NCBI RefSeq assembly: GCF_026571515.1
Contig: NW_026852612.1
Span: forward strand, 124,001 to 174,031
Source of the DNA: Ruditapes philippinarum
Taxonomy: Eukaryota
Reading direction: 5' to 3'
DNA: 50,031 bases
Part shown: positions 38,361-50,031 of the stretch, in pieces
Layout of the letters: every line of letters starts with the position of its first letter
How positions within the stretch are numbered: position 1 is the stretch's first letter
Notes under the pieces: model-generated
Databases searched by the model: none
The model's input: the letters and a program-made list of their open reading frames with translations, nothing else
What the model was told of the DNA's origin: nothing
Made by a program: the position numbers and the translations under genes

Positions 38361-40644
38361 ATGCCGAACACTAAAGAAGTACCGGAAGTTGGAAATATTT
38401 ACCTCTATGAGGACCATGTACCGAGAAAATCAAGATGGAGCAAAATCCCATTCATCGGCTACTTCCGGTAAGATTTTTACTTTTTTCCTTAGTATTTTTG
38501 TCGTCTGCTATTTCTGTGAAATGGTATAATTATCACAATTTAATTTCAAAAAATCAAATATAAAAAACAACATTTGTGAACATATTTTACGAGAAGTTGA
38601 AATTCTGGCGCTATTCTTAATTTGCACATTAAAGATTTCTTTTAGAACAAGCGAAATTTCATTTCATTATATGAGGAAATGTCGATATGCAAGTCTTCAT
38701 TTCCCTGCTAGCAAATATTTGAGAAAACAAAATACATCGCACATTTTCAGATACAGTTCTTATAAAATATAACAGTTCATATAAAGTAAGGAAAATCAAC
38801 AAGTGAAAATGTCTTTTTACACATATATGTTGAGATATACATAAAGTTAGAATAAATATTTCTAGCGTTAACTGATAACTTAAATGAAATTTGAAAATGA
38901 AATATATATTAATTATATCACTATTAGAAACTGTGATTAAAGTTCTTTTTAATCATTTCAGAAGCTTATTTATCTTGTTCAATACATAATTGTTCTCTAT
39001 TTTATTTTATAGACAAAAGTTGAAAATGGATGAAAAAGAATTAGAAGATAAGCGGCAAGCTATTATGAAGAAGAATGGAAAGTACAGAGTTAGGTAGGTT
39101 TCATAATGCATACTTGTTGACATTCGTTGCTTCGATTTTTGCCATTTATTTCTTTGCATTTTCTACAAATATGATATATTACAATGTACAATCATGTACA
39201 TAATTTAATATTGTGAATTAATATCAAGATTTCTTTCAAGTAAGTAATTCTCACTAACACAAAAAAAAATAATATAAAAACATGAAGTTATAAAAGAATT
39301 TTTTTCTCAAATGGGCAGATCAGCGGTTTTTACGCAAATATGCCCAAATAAGATGATATTGTTGTGAAATTTATTTGAAATTCTTTAAAAAAAATTTAAA
39401 TATTTTTTTTCAGGTACGCGGGTCTAAATGGCTACAAACGGAAATACCTTAATGACCTTTACATTAGTATGATTGACCTAAAATGGCGGTACGCATTCGC
39501 TCTGTTCTTCAACATGTATCTATTATCTTTCCTCTTTTTCGGAATTATGTGGTGGATTATTGCCTACAACCACGGGGACTTCGATCACGTTAATGACCCG
39601 GCTTGGGAGCCGTGCGTAAGCAGCGTTTATAGTTTTCCAAAATGTCTTCTGTTCTCTATCGAAACGCAGACGACAATCGGATACGGCGTGGCGTACCCAA
39701 ATACGGATTGTGATGGAACATTATTTATGGTTTACATGCAAATTACAATAGGTATATTGATTGACAACTTATTACTTGGGTTTATGTTTGTAAAATTTGC
39801 CCAGCCAAAGAAACGCCAAAAGACCATCTTATTCAGCAAGAACGCTTGCATAACGCACAGTGACGGGGATCTTGCCATACAAATCCGAGTCGGTGATCTA
39901 CGAAAGAGCCATTTATTAGCAGCCCAAGTTCACGGTGTTCTCGTGAGACGTCATGTGACCGACGAAGGCGTTCTTCATCCGTTATATATGAGTAAAGTTG
40001 AGTTTAAAGCAGACGCTATGGAGGATACATTAGTTCTGATGTGGCCGATGGTACTTACTCATAAAATCACAGAAGATAGTCCGTTCTATGATATAAAGCC
40101 AGCCGATTTAACCAATGAGAAATACGAATTAATCGTCTTTATTGAAGGCACGATCGAAACCACGGGTGAATTCTGCCAAGTCCGAACCTCATACACCCCA
40201 AGGGAGTTCTTGTGGGGACATCGATTCGACAGGATAGAAGAATTCGATTCCGGAAATGGGCGATGGGAAATCGATTTCGCAGCTTTCAATGATGTAGTCT
40301 ACACAAACAATATACGTCACAGTGCACGTGAACTTTGTAGCTTCCGCAGACGAAAAGTAGTTCCTACTTTAGACAAACAAGATGAACACATGGAAAAGGT
40401 TCCCCCAATACAAACGAAGAATCTCAAAACTGTTTCATATGGTGTCGGTCCGGAACTTCCGGTGAGAAATTACGAGAAGCGCGAATTAAGCTTTGGAAAT
40501 CCTCAAAACGAGACTGGCTACCGATCAAATGACGAAGAATCAGACGACACTGTGATAGAGAAGAGACCTCGACGATCTGATAGCGTGGTATCCTTCGAAA
40601 CTGCTGCAGACACAGCGTCATTAAACGGACACAACATTTGGTAA
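38361..40644 (+). CDS. Inward-rectifier potassium channel (KirB), Kir7.1-like, GYG filter, about 472 aa
   Basis: Exons 38361-38467, 39013-39093, 39414-40644 (phases 2, 2). Contains KKNGKYRV, DLKWRY, SIETQTTIGYG, KFAQPKKR, GDLRKSHL, HKITEDSPF, ELIVFIEG, VRTSY, FLWGHRF. The first two exons are less certain than the main exon. Confidence 0.95.
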
Positions 40645-42017
40645 GAACAAATTTCAGTATATCTTTGCAAACAAACGTAAATTAATAATTAATAGATAAG
40701 TAGATTCAATGCGACTTGATCATTGTAAATTATTATTGTAACGATTGATTCCAACTGGTTTATATGAGTTTAAGCACGAAAACATCAAGGCTATATTTGA
40801 CACGACAGGCCGATTGTTCGCGTCTTACCCCGATCGTTTAGGCTTTGAAATAAAACCGAGACGAGCAAATACCATAAACTTACTTGATAAATACAGATAT
40901 ACGAACATTCTGAAATTACCTATTTTATACGATCTTCCGATAAATTTACTTAAATGGTAATTTTATGTAGACCGTTTTAAATGTGGACCGATTTAAATAA
41001 CATAAGTTAGCGTCTTCAAATCACAGTATCTCCAACATTAAGTTTCATAACCATTTATGACTGCAATTTATATGAATTGATTTGTTTTTCTTCAGAAGTC
41101 CAGATTCCATGACCTGGCTGGTATCATCCAACCGACAGATGCAATTCTAGTGGTCAGTAAATATGAAAACCAGTGGCCAAATACCTTCTGCTGACAAGAA
41201 CACATCTTCCAATACAAACATATGGCGAATTCTCCAGTAAAGGACTGTCCCAAATAATTAATATTTAAGATCTATTTTCGCTAATAATTATTAACAAGTT
41301 AATAAGACAATAGGATATTTTAAAATGAGGATTTTTCTCTGAATTGTAGCAATTCATTCTTAGTATAATTTTCCAAAAAATTAATAAATTTTTATTTTTA
41401 AATATTTGGTAAGTTAAAAGACTTATACCAGGAGAACACAAAATATACAGTTAATCTACAATAGTATAACTATGCAGTGGCTGCGCTTTATACGGCATAT
41501 GTGTAAAGAATATGTATATAACTGATTGCATATGTGTAAAAAAATATGTAAATTACGGATGTGTAAATATCAACTTTATGTAAATCTTAAAAATAAAAAA
41601 AAAATAAAAACATATTTCGGAAAGTAAGTTTCAATAAATCTTTCAGTTTCAAATTCTTCAATGTTTGTCAATTTTTTATTTCACAAATATGTAATACTAT
41701 AAATACATGTATTTTTATAATTTTGTGCCAAGATTGATTTAATTAATTCAGCAAAATAACTTTATTTAAAAAAGGTGTTTTTTTTTTCCTCTTTTTGTTT
41801 TCAAAAATAAACTTTAATAGTTACTTTCATTATTTTATTAAAGTTAAAGTTTAGAAGGAACTTATCTCCGATTTTACTTGTTTCAAAACATTGTAAACAC
41901 TTGTATATTTGATAAAATTTCATGATGTATTTGTGAACCTTTAAAATTTGTCAAATTCTTCATATTAATTGTAAAAGATATTGTTAAATATTATTATAGA
42001 TTTTTTGTAACATAATT

Positions 42018-42125
42018 TGACATTGATTATTGTAACATGATGATTATTGTAACATGACATTGATTATTCACTATTGTAACATAACATTGGTAACTGTAAC
42101 ATGATATAATGCATTTAACATGATC
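42018..42125. repeat. Short degenerate tandem repeat (attgtaacatga-like)
   Basis: Several imperfect copies of tgattattgtaacatga and tgtaacat. Confidence 0.5.
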
Positions 42126-42697
42126 ATGTATCTGGGACTAAAAACATACAGTACATTGTAATTAAATGGTTAATACCAAAGAAGGGACATATAACATACA
42201 TTTGTAACAATAATTCTTCTTTTTTTTTAAAAACTTGGGACTTAAAACTTGGCTTGTTTCACATGTTGTACTAAAATTTGCTTTATGGAGTTTGTGGTGG
42301 AAGGATTTGTTGAAATTTATTTCTTGTAAATAGACACAAAAAGAATAAATAAATTTGTTCATAACATTTTATTGTTTTTCTTGTTCTGTGTATTAAAGAA
42401 CACTCTTTTCATTCAAAGAATGCTTAAAACAAAAGGATTCATATTATCTTCATGAAAAATAAATCAACAACAAACAAGAGCAAACAGAAGTTCTACATTA
42501 AACATAAAAAAGGTTAAACAAATTTTTAATGAATGCATTACATTTAAAATAATGGCATCTCTACTGTATATCCATGCTGTCAGAAAAGGACCTATATCAT
42601 AAAATTGTTCAAAATTAACCTACTAAATCTAATAGTCCCTTTAATTAATTGACATACAGTTAAAGGCAATATTATCTGAAAAAGATTTCATTGACTA

Positions 42698-43022
42698 CCG
42701 TAAAATTCCTAATAAACGCCCCTTCCCTAATAAAGGCTCCCTAGGCCTTTTGATATGGAAAACAATCTACTCATCAGTGCTGAACTCATAATTAAATCCA
42801 TAATTTTATTCAAATCATTCAGAATCCATAGTATTTTATAGTAAACAACAATATGTATAATATTAACTTTAAAACCTTAACACTTTTTAGTGTTATTACC
42901 AACACTTGCTAACACTAAATGAATTAACAGTGATTTTTGGAGTTAGGAAAAACTGTGTTGTAATAAAAGCCCCCCTTTTGGAAAATGTTTAGCCCCGGGG
43001 GCGTTTAATAGGAATTTTACGG
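42698..43022. mobile_element. Tc1/mariner-pogo-type MITE, 325 bp
   Basis: TA TSDs. 25-bp TIRs ccgtaaaattcctaataaacgcccc and ggggcgtttaataggaattttacgg with one mismatch. Confidence 0.88.
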
Positions 43023-43064
43023 TATATGAATAAAAAATCTATACCAAAGGTTCAGAATAAGTGA

Positions 43065-43332
43065 TGTGGTTTAATAGGGTTTTTAAGTCACGCCAATGCT
43101 GTAAAGGTTGTATGGCAAGCTTCCAGCTTCATTGGTGACCATGGATAAATACCTAAGACTCTCCTCTGTGCATCATTTTAGATGTGAGCCAGCACCTTAG
43201 TAAAACCACCAATGTTCTATAAAAGCTAGCTGGGTAGCTTGAAAGAATTTAAAAGTCCCCAGTGGGATTTGAACCAACCTTTGTGAAGGTTTAAGTGGTT
43301 TTGAAGTCAATAATCATAAACCCATAGGCTAG
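43065..43332 (-). mobile_element. Decayed tRNA-derived SINE
   Basis: Minus strand begins tagcctatggg.. (A-box-like) and contains ggttcaaatcc (B-box). The tail is shared with 17464-17555, and a related head fragment lies near 48745-48792. Confidence 0.55.
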
Positions 43333-43472
43333 GTACACCCCTGTTGACCTCACAATCTAAGCATTTTTGTTAATTTTTCTTGAATCCACTCAATGGCCAA
43401 AGGTCAAAGCATCTCAAATACATAAAATGAAGCAGCTTCTCATTGGAAGAAAAGAAAGCATTACAATATAAA

Positions 43473-43885
43473 AACAAGAGCACTGCTTGTTAGAGCATCA
43501 TACTTCCAAAATATGTGCTGTTTAAGGTTTTCAAGACAAGAATTTTACACAAGTGTCACTGTGACATTTGGCCTTAAAATCAACATAGGGATTATCAACC
43601 TCCCATTAGCAATGTTCCTACCAACTTTCACAAACCTAAGCATATTCCTTCCCATATCATTTATTATTGAGTGTACAAGGACTTTCCATTAAATATCACT
43701 ATGACCTTGACCTTTTGAACGAATGACCTTGAAATCAAAATGTGTCATCTACAGGTCATGACCAGTCTCCATACTAAGTATGAAGACAGCACACCCTCTA
43801 GTTATGAAGCTACTGAATGAACATCAATGTGGCATACGGACAAATGGACAAGCAGCATATAACCTAATTTACCTTCGGACTAATA
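43473..43885 (+). mobile_element. Decayed HINE-like repeat
   Basis: aacaagag head, two diverged core units with tgaccttgacctt motifs, and an acggac remnant near the 3' end. Confidence 0.45.
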
Positions 43886-45496
43886 ATCACCAAAAAATTC
43901 CTTTCTATCTTTTTATATACACTGCTACGTCTCATACAAAAATTTATAAGAATAAACATACATGTACTAGAATATTAACATTTTGTTCAAATTAAATTGA
44001 ATGAACACAATTTCTTGTCCTAAATCAAAGATGTACAAAACAATAGATAGAAAAAATATTGGTAAGAAAAAAAAAACAATATACACTCTAAAATACAATA
44101 AACTGCTCTTAAATTGAACCAAGTTCATATATTGCACTTGAAATTTCTCAACACATTTTTAGCAGTCACATATGTTATACATGTCATACAATCAATTCAA
44201 TTATTTGACATTTTTCATAATCGGCTTCTTATCATCTACTTTTCATAATAAAATGCACATTTTCATAATAAAATATTTATTTTCATCATCAAATTCACAT
44301 TTCATTATCAACTTCACCTTTCCCTTACCAGATTTACATTCTCAAGAAACAAATTCACATTTTCAAACTTAACTTGACATTTTCATTTTTCATAATCAAG
44401 TTCACATTTTCATACAATAAAATTATTACCTTGAGCATTCAATATAAGTCTTGTTAAAAAACTTTATTCGTTGACCAATAAATAGAGTGGACTTGTTTTC
44501 ATTATATAGTGAAAATGATAGAATATTGATTTTAAACTGACAAGTGTGTCGGCTATTCTTGATCTGCACTGGTCGCATGGGAAGTTTCTGTAGCTGCCAG
44601 CAGTCTAAAAGTTAATCAATATAGGGGCTAGCAGGTTAATTAATATAATGAACAATCAATAACGGAGATTTAATCAACCGATAATGTGGACTTGATCAAA
44701 TCAAGGAAGGAAAGAAGGAATACATGTATTTCACAACCATTTCATTTAACTAAGAAAATACCTATCCCTTGATACTAAAACCCAAACCTTAACTCACTAT
44801 CAACATTTTAGTTCAATTGCATCATTGGTTATCCATGGTATATATTCCGTACATACTACATTATCTAGTTCAATCAATTACAGTGCAACCTCTGTAACGT
44901 GGCCTTCTGTAGAGTATTACGTCCACCAACCCACTGATATTGAAACCCTGGCCTTATAATTACCACTATTTTAGCATCAGATAGCTAATCCATTGATAGA
45001 TCCCGTCTCTGACCTTTTATTCAAATAACAATAGATTAAACCACTAACATTGACATGTGCTCTTTTGTTAACAAATAGGTTGTGGTGAAGTTCATATTGT
45101 ATACACTTCTCTGATAATTAGAACTAAACAGGTCAGAGATCTATGCATTAGATTTTTGTTACAACTTAATTTACAGCACCATAATACAATATATATCAAA
45201 CAGTGTGGTTATCTTAAAAATGCTGTAAGTAAAAGGTTAATATCATTGAAATATATTTCATATCAAATCTTAAAATGAACTATTTTTTGTTTTCAGTCTG
45301 TAACACAAATTCAAGGGACGTCATTCATGGAAAATATCTATTTGTTCTCCATCTGTCCTCATTATTGAGCTTCTAAAAGTAAGAGTATATATTCTGATTG
45401 TCCAATCTTCAAGGATATCACTAGTTCCCTTTGGGTTAAAATAAATTAATATTACACTAAAATGTCACTTCTGTTAACACAGGAACAATTAGGGAA

Positions 45497-48400
45497 CTAT
45501 TTTTTCTTGTCCTCTTTACATATAATAACGTATCTTTGAGCAACCATCAATGGCGGCGAATAACCATTAGGATATGAAGTGTCCTCAAATAATACTGAAT
45601 AATCATCTTGGGGCTGAAACAGATAACAAATAAACATAATTGCATATATATTCATTTAATTAATTTCAAGGAAATAATTACCAGTACAAGAAATTGGTCA
45701 AAGGGAAACAACCAATATCATTGAAGCAATACAAAATATATACAGCTCTATTAGACATGAGCAGCTACCTCAACAGAACTCTGCCGACTGGATAGCTCCC
45801 TCACATGAATGAATTCCCAAGGAGGATACGGCAGTGTGACTGATAATAATGCATAAATGTTTTTAATAAAGGAAAATAACTCTTACTCAAAATAGAGTCT
45901 AGAAAAAACTATATAACATTTCAAACAAATACCCAATGGTAAGCAATTTTGATCATGTGATGTCCATGTTTTCTCAATCAATATAGCCATTCTGTATTTC
46001 ATAACATATCAAATGTTTTGATATAGAAATGTTTTGACATTACTAACCTACTAAAAAGACATCAATATACAATGATTTTGTCCTCTCTTTTTTACAACAC
46101 ATTATTGTGTTATAGTATAATGTGATAAAAGAACATTATGTTTCATAGTCATAAATAACTACATATAAAGTTTTGAACAATTAAAAAATAGAACTTCTAA
46201 CAAATAAATTCATAGTTTTTTAACAAATAGTCATTATTATGCTTTGAATTTGATTGATGGTTTATAAATACACTTAATTGTTACCTTTTTCGGAGGTTCA
46301 TGTATAAGAGCTCTGTAAAAACAAGTGGTTTGAGGATAAAGTGCTAGCACCAACTGAAAACAAAGTGAAGGTATAGTAAATATATATATAATTTGTATCA
46401 GGGTATCCTATGTGACTTTTGGAAAAAGTTCATGGAGGAAATTCCAAAAATAGATTCAGGAAAGATATATGGCATGCAAATACTTTTTTAATTCTGAACA
46501 GATTTTCTTGTTACAATTCCAAATTGCATAAACCTCTACATTAAAAGTCCTATCCTTGCCTATAACCAACTTTCTATTAGGTCTTTCTGGTTTTCCATTA
46601 ATTTTTCCAAACTGATTCAGTCGATGAAAATTCATTTGGGAAAAAGACCTTTCTCAAATGAAATACTGCAAGTGACTTCCAACTTTTGACTACAGAAGAT
46701 TCACACATCATGTTTACATCTTTTTAAAACAAATATTTAACATAAAGGAAAACAGATTAATATATATTGTAAAACTATTCAAATTTTCTTAATGTTTACG
46801 AAATAGAGATTGAGATAACCTCTCTCTCATCATAATAATAAAATAAACTTACAGTATGTTTGGGAAACAAAGCTTCAGGATCTGTCTCGGGTGAAGCTTT
46901 CCATATAGGAAGTGGAACTATCTTTCTTTTACTAAGTGTATGACGTCTGTAAATAGATATTCATCAATAATAAATTGAGATGTGTCAGTGCACGAGATTG
47001 TTATGCACCCATAAATTGAAACTTTGTCTCAGTTCACCTACCAATCCCTTGAGCAATGGTGCAGGCAGTGGAAAGAAAACTTTTGGGCAGGTTTAGTTCA
47101 ATTTTTATGCTAAAATTTGCATGGGATTATCCAAAAATTTCTAACTCATTACATAGGGCAAAAGCAGGGCTTTTATCATCTGACTGTCACCCTTAGTCGA
47201 GCATTTACCAAGAGTTCGGTGATCTACAATTCAGTGCCTGCTTTTCCCCAAGGGTTGGGGGTTGGCCAGGATGCAAATGACAGTTGCACCTACAGTTGCT
47301 CATTATCAGGTTCTCCAAAACAGGACTACTAAAGTCACCAAAGGTTTTTTTGAGGTCTGTGCAAAAAGACACAAAATATTTGTTCTAAAAAACATCCAAC
47401 ATAAACACACCAAAGAACGGCTTAAATTTTAAAAGCAGAACCTGCTTATTAAAAAAAAACAGCAAACTATACGCTATATTAGTCTTATCAATTAGCTTAA
47501 TTTCAAGAAAATAATCTTTTTTAATCAATTATCATGGAAACAATTTAATATGAAATTATCCACTAACTCTTTTCCTTCTTCCGCGTCTATATCATCCACC
47601 TCATATTTGTTTGTACTGGTATTATAAGAAACAACCTCAGCTAAAATCCAGTTCTCTTCTCCATCCGAGGATTTCACCCTTGCCGCCACCTTGTCCGTAG
47701 GCTTGGCGACATAGTTATTATCTGCGGCTACGGCCCCACAGAGAGGTGGTGGTCTGAAATATGGGGAAAACATTTTTGTTTACGTTAAATGAGCATAATA
47801 CAATGAAATGTCTGACATATATCCAAGACATACTTAAATCATGTAGAGCCATTCTCATAATATTGCATGACAACACAATGTACTTGTTGTTTTTATTATA
47901 TTTTACTTAATAACACTATTCTAGAAAGACATCTATATTAAGACAGTACTCAAACAGAACAAATAACCCATGTAAGTGGGCTTGTTTTCAGTAATAAATA
48001 TTGAAGTTTCCTAATAATTTTTCATATAAGACAGACCATAACCCTGTCATATCAGTATATATAAATGCATAAAAAAGTGCACTTGATGATTTGAATTTGA
48101 ATATTGTTTCAATTAATTAAGAGAAAAATGTCTAGAAGTTTAAGTTCAATAAATCACATAACAGGGATTGTGAAGTTGGGTGAAAACTTCGCACAAAATA
48201 TTTACACTTCACCATCTTTGATCAGAAAAACTAAATTCTAGTCGCCCAAAAATCTATTAAAGTCTGACATGTATATTTCACTTGATCAGGAGTCAGATTT
48301 AATTGTGTAATTTGACGTAGACCAACATCGCTAAAAATAGCGGTTTGTTTTTTAGTGTTTTGAATTATCTAAATTTAAAGCTGTGAATGACCCTGCATAT

Positions 48401-49075
48401 ATTTTCTATTTACGAAAGTTCAAAGAAAAATATATGTATAAAATAAATATAATCATCGAAAAATTTATATTTCACAAGCAAGTAAAAAAAAATATATTAA
48501 GTTGTAAGGAAAATTACTTTTCTCCAGGTTTGCTGACCCACAGTGGTAGTGTGACAGCATTCTGTTGTAATAAACTCATTAAAACACCTCTCCTCATAAT
48601 TGGCTTCGGACGATCTGAATCTGTGAATGAAAAAAACATGATTGATTGTCTGTATCTGAGTAGGTATGTGATACCAATTTGTTATAAATTTTTATTCAAA
48701 TTATTGCTGGCAGTTTATCTAATAAAGTGTTCCGAAATTTCATTTTGAATCACTTAACTGTAATCATTATGCATGTAGGTTCAAATCCTGACTTTAACTC
48801 CTACCACCAGTATTAAGAGTCAATATAATGGCAACAAAAGCACAGACAGCCCAGATTGCTGTGGTTCTATCAACACATAAATGGGCATCTGGTGTATTTT
48901 TTTTTCAGGAACAAGACAGAAAATTTATAAAAGAGCTCCAGTTTCATTGACTTTATCACTAGCAATGGTTGGTTTTTCAGAAAAGAAATAACCGGAAAAA
49001 ACCCTACTACCGAATCTACGATGTTCTCTTATGGCCTTTATTTCAGTTATTTTATCAAGAGCTTTTCGAAGCAAC
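45497..49075 (-). CDS. SGF29: SAGA-associated factor 29 (tandem Tudor H3K4me2/3 reader), 3' six exons; 5' exons lie beyond the window
   Basis: Exons 49011-49075, 48518-48620, 47568-47753, 46853-46946, 46285-46353, 45497-45613 join in frame: LLRKALDKI..MRRGVLMSLLQQNAVTLPLW..KPPPLCGA..DKVAARVK..ENWILAEVV..YEVDDID..RHTLS..VPLP.WKA..VLALYPQTTCFYRA..DYSVLFEDTSY..GYSPPL.VAQRYV..KKK*. These are hallmark SGF29/CCDC101 motifs. Confidence 0.96.
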
Positions 49076-49541
49076 CTGAAAAGAGAATAAAGTTATTGTA
49101 TTGAATCATTTAAAGCTCCTAGAGGTTTTTTTTGTTATCCAACATAATATCAACTTTATAAATTTTAATGTAAATTCAAATGATGTTCAATAAAGAGGAA
49201 AAAACATGAAACATGTCTAATTTTTTCCCAAATTACAACAAAAATATTAATTGCATTTACACAACATCCTTAGTGACTTTCTTCTATGTAAATTCCTATA
49301 AATTCTTAAAAACTTAAATTATAATTTCTTTGCAATTATTATCATTTAACATTTAATACCCGAGTAAAATGTGCAACAGAAATATTTGATATAACTGCGG
49401 TGTATTTATTGTATAGACAAAACCATAAACATAGCTATAATATGAGGAAACTCTTAAGTTTTTCAAAAATATCATCCCCAAAAAGAGGTCAAAGAAAGGT
49501 ACGAACACACAAAATATTTGAAATATCAGTCAATAAATAAT

Positions 49542-50031
49542 ACAAGAGCTGTCGGTAGGACAGCAACGCTCGACTATTCTTAGTGCTTGATAGTAAATAA
49601 ATGCTTGATACAGTCACCTCCTCCTGTTTACAGGTTGGGGTCATGATGGTGAACAAGTGTGCAAAGTTTCAAAGCCATATGTCAATGGACTTTGAAAATA
49701 TTTGAACTATTACAAAAACTTTTACGTAAATTCTAAGTCAAAAAAGGGGCATAATTCTGTCAAAATGCTTGATACAGTTACCTCCTCCTGTTTACAGGTT
49801 GGGGTCATGATGGTAAACAAGTGTGCAAAGTTTCAAAGCCATATGTCAATGGACTTTGAAAATATTTGAACTATTACAAAAACTTTAACGTAAATTCTAA
49901 GTCAAACAAGAGCTGTCGGTAGGACAGCAACGCTTGACTATTCTTAGTGCTTGATAGTAAAAAAAATTCTTGATACAGTTACCTCCTCCTGTTTACAGGT
50001 TGGGCTCATGATGGTGAACAAGTGGTGCAAA
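49542..50031 (+). mobile_element. Young HINE-like element(s) with near-identical 164-bp cores, truncated by the window edge
   Basis: Head acaagagctgtcggtaggacagcaacgct..actattcttagtgcttgatagta at 49542 and 49906. Core units at 49601, 49765 and about 49969. Same family as 4337-5573. Confidence 0.75.

Overview
AT-rich, intron-containing animal DNA. The repeat content (palindromic MITEs, Helentron/HINE-like elements with 160-170 bp cores, tRNA-headed SINEs) suggests a bivalve mollusc; this is inference. I assembled five genes by hand from GT-AG boundaries and phase matching: (1) the 5' part of SMG6/EST1A on the minus strand, running off the left edge into error-rich sequence; (2) a complete SPATA22 on the plus strand, head-to-head with SMG6; (3, 4) two divergently oriented inward-rectifier K+ channel genes that both carry Kir7.1/KCNJ13-type signatures, separated by about 11 kb that includes a 5.35 kb TIR/TSD-bounded element filled with a 24-bp minisatellite; (5) the 3' part of SGF29 on the minus strand. 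The many ORFs at 32-36 kb are minisatellite artefacts. I see no prokaryotic-type system. The best leads are the Kir7-like channel pair, a candidate 12-nt microexon in SMG6, a splice-made stop codon in KirB, and the minisatellite-laden transposon. Homology calls rest on recalled vertebrate sequences, not database searches.
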